Shown here piece after piece: positions 50,276 to 62,695 of a DNA stretch of 64,000 bases. The stretch's first letter is position 1. Every line of letters begins with the position of its first letter. Origin of the DNA: Klebsormidium nitens (taxonomy: Eukaryota; Plantae; Klebsormidiophyceae); NCBI GenBank assembly GCA_000708835.1, contig DF236955.1, positions 124,001 to 188,000 on the forward strand, in the 5' to 3' direction. A program made the translations under genes and the position numbers. Below the pieces are notes generated by a model, which was not told the origin of the DNA, did no database searches, and saw only the letters and a program-made list of their open reading frames with translations.

Positions 50276-53200
50276 CTAGGCTAAGCGGATTCCTTGCGGC
50301 GCTCCCGCGGCTGCCGCCGCCTTGTTGATTGCCTTTTGCGCCTCCGCTTTGTACAGAGCCTTCATGTCTCGCTTCACCACCCGCGACTCACGCCGCTGCT
50401 CCTTAACGGCAGCCTGCACGGCAACCGACCAAAGATTATCAATATGTATGGCTCTGATAAACATGATGTCCGCGCTTCAAGCGACTAGATCAACTGATGC
50501 TTTTCAAGGCTTGTGTAGTGCTGGACCTCGTCAACAGAAAGGTTAATGATATTGGCAACTAGTCGACGAGAAGCTGACAATCAGCAGATTCCCAATGGCT
50601 GAGAGAAAAGATCGTCAACCAAAGTCTCTCGTAGGCCTGCTGGTCGTTGTGAGACAAACATCAGGAATCAATTCAGAGGTGTTGGCATCATTTCGTCTCG
50701 GTAAGAAACTAGTTCCAGTGACCATGGTCGAAGCGATCGAGCGAAAAGAGTTTCAGTGACCAGGGTCGAAGCGATGATGACTTCAAACCATTAACTACTG
50801 ACGAACTACTCCTGAAAAAAAGCGGAACGGTTACCAAGGCGAAACCGGGGTTAAGAAAGCCTGTGCGGCTCACCTTGCGCGCCTTCTTCTCCTCCTTCCC
50901 TTCTCCCGCTCTCGGCCCCGCCACCTTCTGACTCGGCCCCCTCTTCTCATCTTCTTCATTCTCCTTCCCGGAGGGCCTTTCCGGCAGCCCCTCCAGCCCC
51001 CCCCGGCGCGGCAGATACTCGATCGGCAGGCCCTCCTTCCCGCCCAACCTAATCAGCCCGGGAAGATTCTCCTCTCTCTGACTACCCCGTTCCGAGCCCA
51101 GACTTTTGAACTTGTTCGGGGGGGCCCCGATGCGTGCGGGGTGGTTGTCGAGGTTCGAGTATGTCGACACGATGGTATCACAGTCCCAGTGCTCCCGCTC
51201 GTCTTCTTCCTCGACCCAGATCACCTCTTTCTCTTCGCGCAGCTCCCCCAGGACGTCCGCTTCTTCGTCCGCACCCCCGTCCGAAACCTCGTCCAAACCC
51301 CTGCCCTTTCCAGAGGTTTTATTAGTCCTGGCTTCGACAACCTCCGCTTCCCTTCCGCTCGTGCTAGCGGCCTCAAGCAAACCGGCCTCCGCTGACGGAG
51401 AGCCGTCTGCCCTCCGGTCGCTCGACATCGTCTCCTTCTCGAGTCCAACTGCCCCGTTCTTGACATCCCCAGACAGCACATTGCTTTTTCTGGACAGCCC
51501 ACCGGTTTCTTCGGTCGGCGCGGTCTCCGTTCGCTGCTTGCCCCCCTTTTCGACTTCCGCAAGCGTGTGGTACTCGTCGGGATGCACATCGTGGTCTTCC
51601 AGGAAGCTGTCGAGCACCGAGTCGAACTGGGAGATGTCCGCATGGCCGCGTGCGTCCACGTCCTCTTCGTCGGAGTCGTCGTCCAGATCGTACTCCCGCA
51701 CTGCTAACTGCAGTTGCATTCGTGAGCGATCAGAAGCTACTCGGGAGAAATTCGAACTTGAGTGGACTCAAAGAAAGATCCGATTGATTTGGTACCTTCC
51801 AAATCTAGGATATGGTGCGCCCTTTCTATCTGGCAGGCAATGGAGAAACGAGATGGGACAGGAAAGAAGGATCGAAGGGTCTCTGGCTCGATCAGACTGA
51901 CAAACCCGTGTCTCCTCTACCCCGCAGAAGCCTGCCACTTCTGATTTGATGATGAGAAAACGGCATTTAGAAGGGTGATCCTTTCAGCGGACCATTTTTG
52001 CCAGAATGCTTTTGTCTTGGGTGCTTCACTACAACGTTCGGTAAGAGGCACCAGATTGAATGTTCCCAGAAACCTGCTCTGAGAAAGGCCTATCCTTACT
52101 GTAGATACCAGTGGGCAGGCAAGAATCCGAAGGAGGTGGGCAAAATCACAGGGGTGAAAGTCAGGCCACAGGGGGTGAGTCATGCTTTGCAATGAGCAAG
52201 GTGTGCAAGTCACTTGAGATCGCAACAGGTTTTCAAGCCGACTTAGTTCTACAGTACAACACAAAAACCTCCCCCAAGTGTCCATTCTGGGAGGCGCAAC
52301 ACGCAATTTCAGGCATGGCCAGAAAGCTGAGCAAGCAGCCAAACTAGAGGGAGCAAAGAAGAGTCATGATTCGGAGAGGTCATCAAAAGCAAGCTGTACT
52401 ACGTGCACATATGGTTCGTAAGGGAGGTCCATAACTGACATCGTTGCTCTGGTACCACAATAAAAGGGGCATCATGTGCCATGAAACTCCAGCATTACGC
52501 AATAAAGCCAGGCCAGAATCAAAGGCGCACCACCCACTCACGTTTTCAAACTGCTCGTCCAGCAGCCGCACCGGACGGTCCCGGTTCCTTACGTCCGACG
52601 CAATGCTGGACGCCGCGAAACCCCTCCCCTTCATCGCCGCTGCATCATCTTCTTCTCCCTCCTCCTCCTCACTCCACTCCTCATACTCCTCGATTTCTGC
52701 CACCTCGAAACCTTTCCCTCCCGTGCTCGACCCGAGCCACTTTTGAACCGCACCACCATTGCCAAGAGCCCCCCTTGGCGCGATTCTGAATCCCTCAGCC
52801 GCGCCGTTTTCTTCCTCCGCCCCCCTGTTTGCCTCTATCACGAAATCATCCTCAAGCTCCAGCTCTTCGTCCCCCCCGTCCTCAGACCCCGACTCCTCCA
52901 GAAGCTTCAGAATGTCCGGGTCCAGAACACTCGCGCCTACTTTCTGAATCTCTTTCGCACCCCCGGCGGCCTCCGCCTCCGCCAGGATCTCGTCTTCTTC
53001 CGCGGGCTTCACGCGCACCGTCTTTGCATTATACGCACGCACGTCCGCTCGCAGGTTCCTCTCTGGAGCGACCGCGATCGCACCGACGCCCCCGCCACGA
53101 AGCTCCCGCAGATGCTTCGTGTAATCATACCCGTCGTCCGGAAAGCCCATCTCGAGGACCTCTCTTCTCACGTGCTCTGGTAACGGCTCCCGAGGGCCAG

Positions 53201-53450
53201 CCCACAAAGGGTGTGCAGGACCAAAGCCCCGGAAGTCTTTGAGCCCGTCTTCCAAGGCGAATTCGCTCCCCCCCTCGAACTGGGACTCGGTGCCATCAAA
53301 GCCCGGGGCCGCCTCATCCCGCCCATCGGAGCGGACGAAGATGCGCTCAGGAGCGGAATCGTCTCCGGCTGCCGCATCGGAGCTGTCACGAAAGACTAGG
53401 CTGAAGGTGGCAGCTTTCTTCTTGTCGATGAAGCTCTTCTTCTTCCCCAT
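50276..53450 (-). CDS. LTV1: LTV1 40S ribosome biogenesis factor (exons 53450-52542, 51707-50874, 50413-50276; 626 aa)
   Basis: 1881 nt in phase. MGKKKSFIDKKKAATFSLVFRD, FPDDGYDYTKHLR, LLDEQFE, WDCDTIVSTYSNLDNHP, and a C-terminal KEEKKARKAAVKEQRRESRVVKRDMK. Confidence 0.92.
50713..50775 (+). repeat. Short direct repeat, period 38 (LTV1 intron 2)
   Basis: cagtgacca(t/g)ggtcgaagcgat x2. Confidence 0.8.
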
Positions 53451-53964
53451 TGTTTCTGGCGGCAACTTGTAGGCAACGCTAACACCAGAATGAAAAGTTA
53501 CAATGTTGAAGCTACCACACTCGCTGTGCGCCCACAAGAGCTAACTTCGTCTTGCACCACCCGATTTCGGCCAAGCTCCCTATCCAGGACTAGGTAGTAG
53601 AAATTCTGGTGGTATGTATCCAGATTGAATTTGTGGAGGAAGGCTGCGTGTTGAGGTGAAAGCGGCAGCAGGCAGCTTGAAGTTTGGTAAGCAAGTCGTC
53701 GAACCGAATCGGCAGAACTACGGTTTGTTTCCAACTTCCCGAGTTCGATCTCGAAGCCGATAACGTGTGCGGAGCTGTTCAACACCTCCCCTCCCCTCCT
53801 GCTTCGTCCTCTTTCCAACTCTTTGAAGAAGACGACACGGGTTAAAGAGGTAGCGCCCCCCGCTACCCACCTTGCACCGCTAGACGTGTGCTTGGGCCCC
53901 GTCTTCGACCGTTTACAGACTTTTATCACACGTCAGCTTCTGTTTGGATTAGCAGTCTGCAGCC
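53451..53964. promoter_or_regulatory. Probable bidirectional promoter between LTV1 and RPLP0
   Basis: The two ATGs diverge only 514 bp apart. One site-II-like TGGGCC lies at 53893-53898. Confidence 0.5.
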
Positions 53965-56900
53965 ATGGGGTGGAAGGGCACGAAGCAGGAGAAGAAGGAG
54001 GCGTATGACAAGAAGCTGTGCGACCTGCTGGACGAGTACCAGCAGATCTTCATCTGCATTGTGAGCGGCAATCACGCTTCGTTTGTGGGCAGCTAATCGG
54101 GGGAGATGGCTGTTGTGTGTCCCCTTTAGAGACCCTTTCTCCAGGAGCGACTAGCAAAGTTGGGGGCTCTGCGAGGGGAAGTTCAAATGGAAATGACTTG
54201 CTCAAGAGGTTTGACAGGGATGAAACAAGTTGTGGATGGTGGTTGACTGGAGGGTTTTGCAACCATTGCCATCGGGTTTGGTTGTAACAAGGCAAGCAAG
54301 CAACTGGCGGTCATACGGTAATGGTACAGATGGTAACAGGAAACGACTTTGCTGTAGACTGGTGGTTCTTTTGTCATAAACAAGAGTGTTTACAAGTCCT
54401 TATTGGCATGATCATCGGCATTCTTCAGCTTGGGTGCTGCGACAGATTGCATCTCAAACAAGCTACAGCAGAATCTTCACTGAGTCTGCCTGCTCATGCG
54501 TGCCCAAAAGCCTATGTCAGGAACATTCATAAATCCAACCGTATAAGGCCCCATCGCGGAATGGGCGACTAAACACGACAAAGGTGTCAGGACTCATTAG
54601 TGAGGTTCTCAGCTGGTCTATCAAGGAGAATTCAGTTCTTTAATCTGTTCTACGGACAGTTTCCTTTACACAAGGAGCCGCAGGTTGCAAAGGCGCAGCC
54701 ACGCTCCGCTTGTACTGTTATAGACATACTGCGTCCCCACCCCTCTTGTAATACAGCAGAGAGCCAATCGGGTCTTCTCCAAGTCATCACCTATACTGAC
54801 TCACCCCTCCAGTGTCGCCAACTTCGTTCTGTGTATCGCTCTCATGCTTCCCACCCTTTCACGTGTGATATACACTCCCCCACTTTCTGGGCACACTCTG
54901 ACGACTCCCCCTTTCTTGCGCAGGCGGACAATGTCGGTTCCCAGCAGCTGCAGAACATCCGCCGGGGGCTGCGCCCTGACTCGACGGTGCTCATGGGCAA
55001 GAACACCATGATGAAGCGCTCAGTGCGCGCACACGCCGAGAAGACCGGCAACGACGCCTTCCTGGAGCTCGTGCCCCTCCTTGTGGTGCGTGAAGCTTGC
55101 TTTGTTCTTTCATCCTGGGAAGTCTGTTTTTTGTTGGAACAGCTTATCTGATAAGATTCATGGGTGCGAGTCGGACAGACTATCCCCGCAGTCATTGGAA
55201 TTGAACAGGCGCGTCTCAGCAGACCTGCTTGCAAGTACGCATGTTTGCTCTGCAAGCGAGGCAGATTAATAAAACAAGCCTCTGTGGGGTACAGTCAGGC
55301 ATCTTAGTGCTCACTGGTCATAGCCGCCTATCTCGTCAAACTTGCCTGTTACCGTTGCCCCTAATATCAGCCACTGTGTTTCTCCACTGTAAAACGGTAC
55401 AACACCGGCCAGGGGGAGGGTGTAAGAGAACAAGTGGGCGCAAAGACACCAAACATCACCAACGGCATCAGACGGTTGTAAGACTTCAAACAGTGTCAGA
55501 AACTTCAAACAACATGTATTAGTCGAACATCATCAAAGATACCAAACAACGTTATGTGCAGTGGCCCAGGTCCCTGATACTGAAGTGTCGTTTCTATCTC
55601 AGGGCAACGTGGGCCTGATCTTCACCAAGGGCGACCTGAAGGAGGTGCGCGACGAGATTGCCAAGTACAAGGTCGGGGCGCCCGCGCGTGTGGGGCTCGT
55701 GGCCCCCATTGACGTCGTCGTGCCCCCCGGCAACACCGGGCTGGACCCCTCGCAGACGTCCTTCTTCCAGGTGAGGGGCTGGCCTGGAAACGGGTGACGG
55801 GGAGTTGTTTCGCGGATGTTTTGTAAAGGGCTGAGTTTTGATTTTCTCTAGGTTCGGCAGTGAGGGGTCTTGGTAACGTTTAGTAGGTTTGCCAACGGTG
55901 TTGAGGGCAGGTACTTCTGCACGAATCTGACAGGTTGTTTCGAGCTTACCGGATGTATAGCGCTGTCAAACAGTTGCAGTAAGAGTTCCCAACCCCAACG
56001 GTCAACCCGTTTTCAAGCAGGGCGACTCTACAAGTTCTGAAAACTCCCCCTTGTTGTCGACTCCCTTGGGAGCGTGGATTGCAAAGTGGTCGGTCGATGA
56101 TTCTCCCCTGCAAGCCTGATCATGCATTCAGTGCTCATGACGTCGTCTCATCGAGTCTGACTAGGTCCATCATACTAATATTGCGATGATGCACGGAGCC
56201 AACTTCTGCCCTGACGTTCAACCTCCTCCCCCTCACAGGTGCTCAACATCCCCACCAAGATTAACAAGGGTACCGTCGAAATCGTGGCGCCCGTCGAGCT
56301 GGTCAAGGTGGGTGAGAAGGTGGGCTCCTCGGAGGCGGCGCTGCTGGCCAAGCTCAACATCAGGCCCTTCAGCTACGGTGCGTGCCCCCCACTTCCAGAT
56401 CTTCAGTTTAGCTCGGCCTTTGCCCGCTAATCTTTTCCCTGGTTCCATTGTTGAAAATTACCACTGTGGCCTGGCCGGTTATAGTTCTGATCTGTAAAAG
56501 AAGATCGTTGACGCGGTCCGGAGTTCGTGGCCTGCTGACTCCCCGCCCATCTGTGTCTGTAAATATTTCTGTAGAGGCCGCATGTGACACGTGGAGTAAG
56601 TATCTGCTTTCACACTGCTATCCACACCAATAGAAAGTCGGCTAGTTGAAGTTTAGAGTGCATAAAGAACCCGTTTGACTCAGCGGAAGAACTAGTGGAC
56701 CTGTGTGTACTCGGATCGAAGTGGGAGGCTGGATTCAAGCAGATCTCAGTTGAAGCCGGAATTACAGGAAATAGGCATTTGGGCATGTCGTCAACTGTAA
56801 GAGGTCAACAAACATAACACGAAGCTTCGGGTCTCCCTTACTCTTTAAGGTGTGATCGTCCACGAGGTGCAAGGCAATGCTGCTTCACGTTCACTACTGC

Positions 56901-57945
56901 CGACTCGACGTTCACCTGACCCAATTCCCAACCTCTTCGCCCCCTTTCTGAAACGAAGTTTAACCTTGATTTTTGCTTTCCTTCCCACTTCGCCGTCTTT
57001 CTGAAACGAGGTTTAACCCTTAATTTCTGCATTCCTTCCCAGGTCTGATTGTCCACAAGGTGTACGACGCCGGCAGCACGTTTGACCCCAAGGTGCTCGA
57101 CCTGGAGGACGACCAGCTCGTGTCCGCATTCCAGGCGGGCGTCGCCAACGTAGCGGCCCTGTCGCTTGCGGCCAACTACCCCACGCTGGCCTCGCTCCCG
57201 CACTCCATCGTCAACGCGTACAAGAACGTGCTCGCCATCGCCGTCGAGACCGAGTACTCGTTCCCGCTCGCCGAGCCTGTCAAGGAGTTCCTCAAGGTGG
57301 GTGCCGGCTGCGGTCTAAGTTTGATCGCGGAGCTGAGGCTGCGTGTTGGTTGGGGTTTCATTTCTGAGTCTGGGTTAGGTTGCGAAGCCGGGTTACATTG
57401 GTGTGGGGTTGGGTCTCTGGGGTTCCTCAAATTGGTCTCCGGCTTGAAATTGTTCGGGCATGCGGAGTGCGTTTGCACCTGACTGCGGAAGTGAAATTGG
57501 ATATCCGCTAAAGTCTGGTTACGAACCCAGGGTTAGGGTGTACGTTTGTCTTTTAGATCTGTGCGAGCTTGAGTAACTTGGTTTCCGCTCCCGTGTTGTT
57601 TGGATTGCCGACGGATCCCTGAGCAGTAAAACTAAGGGGTGCACATTTCGTAGGGCTTATAGAAGCCGCGTTTAGGGCAGGACGACTGAAGAAAACCGGG
57701 TGCAAAAACTCGGCGCATGCCACTTTTTCAGTGAGGGTGCGCTTTCCCCAGCTGATTACCCTTCTCCTCACCTCTGACCTGCTTGTGCCAACCCCCTCCA
57801 GGATCCTTCCAAGTTCCTGGCGGCCGCCGCCGCTTCTGCCCCTGCGGAGTCGGCGTCGGACAGCAAGGCCGAGGAGAAGAAGGAAGAGAAGGTGGAGGAA
57901 GAGGAGGAGGAGGATGAGGACATGGGCTTCAGCCTGTTCGATTAG
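53965..57945 (+). CDS. RPLP0: 60S acidic ribosomal protein P0 (uL10); exons 53965-54060, 54924-55085, 55603-55770, 56239-56377, 57043-57296, 57802-57945; 320 aa
   Basis: 963 nt in phase. [54 protein letters not shown], and the P-protein C-terminus [13 protein letters not shown]. Confidence 0.97.
56945..57042 (+). repeat. Direct duplication (about 45 bp) of the 3' end of RPLP0 intron 4
   Basis: tttctgaaacgaagtttaaccttgatttttgctttccttcccac (56945-56988) vs tttctgaaacgaggtttaacccttaatttctgcattccttcccag (56998-57042). Confidence 0.85.
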
Positions 57946-59269
57946 GCCCAGCAAACTAGAGAAGCGGGTTCGTGGGCGGATTGTCGGCTGGACTGGACAA
58001 AGTGTGGTTGGGAGAAGTGAAGGGGATTTTTGGGCGTTATGAGTGGGTGGTGGTTCGGTTGGAATGCCATGTCCGGTTCAACCTGTGTATTTGCCGTGCT
58101 GTGCATGTTTCGATCTGGTCTCCATGTGTACATGGAGGCGTGAAGGATGATCCGATCTGTGGTGCACTTGTCAAACGGTTGCATGCTACAGCTGCGGGCC
58201 AGATCGACACATGCAAAACTATGACCTGGAAAGCATGGACATTGTTAGACAACGTGCCAAGGCAGGAATTTGCAAACACCCCGTTTATGGTGGAGCAGGC
58301 AGAAGTCTCTCCACCTACTCGCATATCTGTTGGCCATGACGATGGTAGCGCCCTTGAGAATAGTGGTACTTTTACGTTTGCAAGTGATTGATGATGCTGT
58401 AGTAAACGAACGGTAATAACCTGCAGCGGATGATTGCAATTCTCTGCGTCACTGAGTCAAAAGGTTCCAAGTTTGACGTATGCCACCAGCACGCATATTC
58501 GGCTGAGGCACATCTGTATGAACGTCAGACAAATCGATGCCCATGGTCATGTGATGATTCTTTACATGTGGAAAGCAACCATCATGGACTTTCATAAGGT
58601 TAGCATTTGTCATGAGTCGGTGCAGTTGCGAGACCTTTGGCGTACATATGAGCAAAGGTAATGGACGGGTATCAGGACCTTGCACTGTTGTCAAAAAGTG
58701 ACGGCCAGGACGATCGCCCGCATATTATCACCGACGGCTTACGCCCATGTTTCATAGTAGCAAGTGACCATATCACCATCTTTTGGGGTTTGTACTACAG
58801 AAACCCACAAATGATGCGCGAGTGCCAAATGAAGAACGAGGCTCGAACTTAGCAAGGGTTCAACGACCCCGTTGAAGACAAAAATATTGACGACGTTTCC
58901 CTCAGGTCCATCAAAGAATCGCAATCTAGCAACAGACACGTGTCCGGGACTTTCCTCCCGTGCTCTCTCTCGACAGACATGCGGCGTGAGCTTCGAAAGC
59001 CCACCGCCCAAAACGTGGCCCGCCCGCCTGCAGCCAACCTTCGCCCCATCTCGACGGCATAGCATAAATTCATCAGTCCCGAACCCTCCTCGGCTGTGTG
59101 ATTGTACCCAACCCCTCCCAGTTCTGACCGCAAATTCAAACCTTAACCCCGCCCAAAAGTAAATCCCGTTCTGGCGTAGCATTTCCAGCGCAGCCTACCA
59201 GACTCCACTCAGATCTTACCCCCGCCCACAAGTACATTCCCAACTGCGTACGAGGTTTTCAAGCGCAGT

Positions 59270-62200
59270 CTACCAGACCCCCTGGTCGTTGTGGAGGAAA
59301 AGCGCCAGGCGGGGGCGCTCGGTGGCCTGCCCGCTGGGCTGGCCGCTCGTGCTGCCCCACCCCGCCTGCTCGGCCACCCGCTGCTTGGCCCTGCAGCATA
59401 CAAAGAGTGTCAAAACTGCAATTAGGTGACTGCGTCATACAAGCTGACACTGATTAGAGCATCGTCCGAAGATTCCGTTAGACAAGAACATAGAAGGTGA
59501 CGAGGCTAGACGACAATGATCAAGAATGTCCTCTGCACAGTCGCCTTCTGAGTGTGCCCACAAGCGGTCAACTGATTCTGAATGTGACATCGACTCCGAA
59601 GTCCTTCGAGCAAAAAGATGGTCAGGATAGCCCTCAGTATGCCATCTTAGTACCCATTCGTCGGCTTTTCCGTGTTCCAAAACGGCTGTTTCCAACTGCA
59701 ACAAAACCCATGCATCCAGGAATTTAATATAGAGAGCACTGACCCCCTCGTAAGACGCTCCCGATACTCGATGATTTGGCCGCGCAGGATGTGGTTGGGG
59801 CGGAGCGTTTTGTCGACCCCGGTGTTGTCCTGGCCGGGGGGCGGGGGCAGGACCTCGCCCGTCATGGGGCTGGTGTCATGGTGCCTGCAGAAAGCAACAG
59901 TGTAGGCAGATTGGCACAACACACGGTAAAAAAGCAAGCCGTACAATACCGAGACGCAACCAATGTCTAAAACCGCTGATCGCCAAAGCGGGCCCCCGAT
60001 AACGGTCAAAGTGCAGAACGTAAAGATTGGTCGGCAAAAGTAAGGCTTCGGGGACTTTGCAGAGGAAAAGCGATTGGATCGGTCAAAATCCAACAAATAT
60101 GGGGTTGTGCTAGTGTCGTAAGATCTCATGATCTGTGCTAAGGCGGTTTGAACCCTTTGAGCATCTTGCAAATGACAATTAGCAAAAACATCGGCTTTGC
60201 GACACCAGCTCGCTTTACCAGAGTAGCTTCTTCGCACCTGAGGATCTGCAGGGAGCGAAAAGGAGAAAGATCGACCAAGATTGTTGCAGCCCTCACCTCA
60301 GCCAGACCTCGATGGCCGACCGCTCGTACGAGTGCCCATCTGCAGTTATAACCGGGTCCACCATAACCTCCTGGGTTATGCAGTCCACAAACTCCGGCGG
60401 CACCATGATGTGCGCGCGATCCGCCTCCTCCCAGATGCTCCGCGCCGTCTCCAGCCTCGCCACGTGGTCGCCCCACGGCGCGCCACTTGGCAGTGCCGCG
60501 TGCGCGCGCGCGAGCGCCTCCGCCAGCTCCGTGCTCGAGTTGCTCATCGACTCGGGGATGAACGGCGGGGCCGACGCGGCCGACGCGGGCAGCGCCGATA
60601 GCACTTTCGCGGGCTTTAGCAACGTGGGCGACAGGGCTTGGTACATCTGCAGGGTTTCCGGCACGGCAGGCTCGGGGTTTAGGGTTTCGGGCAGGGCCGC
60701 GAACGAGGTCGGGAGGCTGCGGGTCGGGGAGAGCGACTGGGGGGAGAGGCTGCTGGCGAGCGGGGACAGGGTTTTGGGGAGGTTTAGGCTCGGAGACCCG
60801 GTCTGGGGGGAGCGCGGGGAAAGGGACGTCGGGAGCGAGATGCTCGACGAGGGCGTCATCTTGATCGGCGGGGGGGACGGCGACACTCCGGGGCTCCGCG
60901 AGAGCATCTCCAGGTGCTGCGCGAGTTTGAGAGCGGCGTCCGATTCTGGCGGGGGGGTGGCTTGGCTGCGCGCGCTTCCGGGGCGGTAGCTCCAGGACGA
61001 GGCGGAGGAGGCGACGGAGTCCGCCGACAGGGGGCGCGACGGCATGCCCGGGGGACCCCCCCGGGACGGCTGCGAGAGCTGCGCCGAGGTGTGAGAAATC
61101 TCCTCCAGGGCCGGGGTGTCCCACATGCGCCATTTGCCAGAAGACCCGCTGCTGCTGCCGCTCTCGTCCCAACCCGGGAAGCGCCCGTTCACTCCGTCCG
61201 ATTGGTAGCGCCCGTTCGCGCTGTGGCTGTTACCGTGCCCGTTCATACCGTCTTGGAAGCGGCTATTCACACCGGTTCCCCAGGGATCGTCTACCAGCCG
61301 CTGGATCGGGTCTGCCGTCCCGTTTCTTACCTTTGTGCCCACCGGGGCTGGCCGATGGGGCGCGGACATTTCAGACGACGTAAATTGGCCCCTTTCGGAT
61401 TGTGCGAACTGGCCCCTTTCGGTTTGTGTAAACTGGCCCAAGGAACTCGTTGAATTTCCCCACACCCCTTTTGCATGCCCGTACGCTAACCCATTCGTCC
61501 CGTAGGGGGGTTCGAATGTGGAGTCTTCGGGGAGGGGGGGTGAAGCTGGGGAGCGCCCAAATGGAGAGCCCAACGGAGACGACGCGTATGGCGACGGGGG
61601 GTTGCTTTGCAGGTGGAGGGGAGGGGGGGGGTCGTGCTGGCTCGGGGAGTGGCGGGTGAAGAGGCTGTGCCAGGAGCGACCGGGCTGGGGGGCTGAGGGC
61701 GACTTTGGCTGTGCACACCAAAACGGAAATCATTAGCACCGTCAAAGAAGAAGTTGACGTACGGGCAATCTCTGGGACTGTCAGGGAGGTGCTTCTGAGC
61801 GCTGGGAGCCGTCGGATTAACAGCAAATCAAAAGGCCTTTGCGCGTACTGACAGCTCCAAACCCAGTAACCATCGACTCCGCAAGCAAAGCAGATGTCGT
61901 ATGAGGAAAAAGCCTTAGCACGAGCCTATCGCCGCCCCAAATTACGGAAAAGCGCCCACCTTAATGGCCTTGACGAGGCCAGAAAAACACAACTTACTGC
62001 AGACGAAGGCCCCGGTCCCGCTGCTTCCGCCCCAGCCGCCGCCACCTTCGCCCAGGGGGTGGCCCATGCAGAGCCGAACCAGGCAGAGCTCGCCCCCCCC
62101 GGACCATTCTCCCCTGCGCCCCCTGCCCCCGCTGCTGACCCGACCCCAGACCCAGGAGGCATTATTGGCGGCGGCGTTGCAGGTTTCTGCGATGTCGCCG

Positions 62201-62695
62201 CCTTCCTGACAGCTGGCAGCGGCCCATTCGCCCACGCGTTGGTGGTGCTCGGCCCCACTGCAGGGGGCCTGACACCTGGCGCACTCTGATTGGTCTTGGC
62301 CGCTGCCACGGCCGCCGCAACCTTTGCCTGGACTGTCCGCACGTTAATCACGGGCCCATTCTTTACAATCCCCGCTCGCGTTTTCGCGTCGAGGTCCGAT
62401 TTCAGGTGCACGGGGGGCGAGCGCGTGTGGTTCTGGGTTGTGGTGCCGTTGAGCGGCCGAGAGACCGGTTTGACTTCCCGGTCGCTGCCTACTTTCTCTT
62501 TGGTGTCCCGCAGAGGGCCCGGTTGGTTTCCCCGGGCCGGCTTGTCCACCTCCCCCGAGGAGCTCCGTGCCGGCTTCTTCTCGTTCTCTTTCTCAGGCGC
62601 CTTTTGGCGGTCGCGCTGCTTGTCGGGCCGCCGCCGAGCCGTCTCTTGCTCGCGCCGCCGTTCACGCTCACGCTCCTTCTCCGCCTCCTTTTCCC
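59270..62695 (-). CDS. U-box domain protein (putative E3 ligase) with long Pro/Ser-rich disordered region; 5'-incomplete (exons 62695-61998, 61708-60297, 59884-59744, 59390-59270)
   Basis: Phase-consistent GT-AG splicing. The U-box VPPEFVDCITQEVMVDPVITADGHSYERSAIEVWLR|HHDTSPMTGEVL...TLRPNHILRGQIIEY is split by an intron. The most upstream exon found starts in phase 1, so further exons lie upstream and were not identified. Confidence 0.8.
61382..61439 (-). repeat. 24-nt coding tandem repeat (8 aa, about 2.5 copies) in the U-box gene
   Basis: Encodes GQFTQTER-GQFAQSER-GQFT. Confidence 0.8.

Noticed and set aside
51106-51900. 264-aa plus-strand Ser-rich ORF and similar ORFs at 52444-53472
   Set aside because: Antisense to the acidic LTV1 exons; Glu/Asp codons read as Ser/Phe/Leu on the other strand.
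57529-57540. Telomere-like agggttaggg, and ctaaccct motifs in the TIC55 repeat
   Set aside because: Too short to be an interstitial telomere. CTAAC is better explained as the branch-point consensus.
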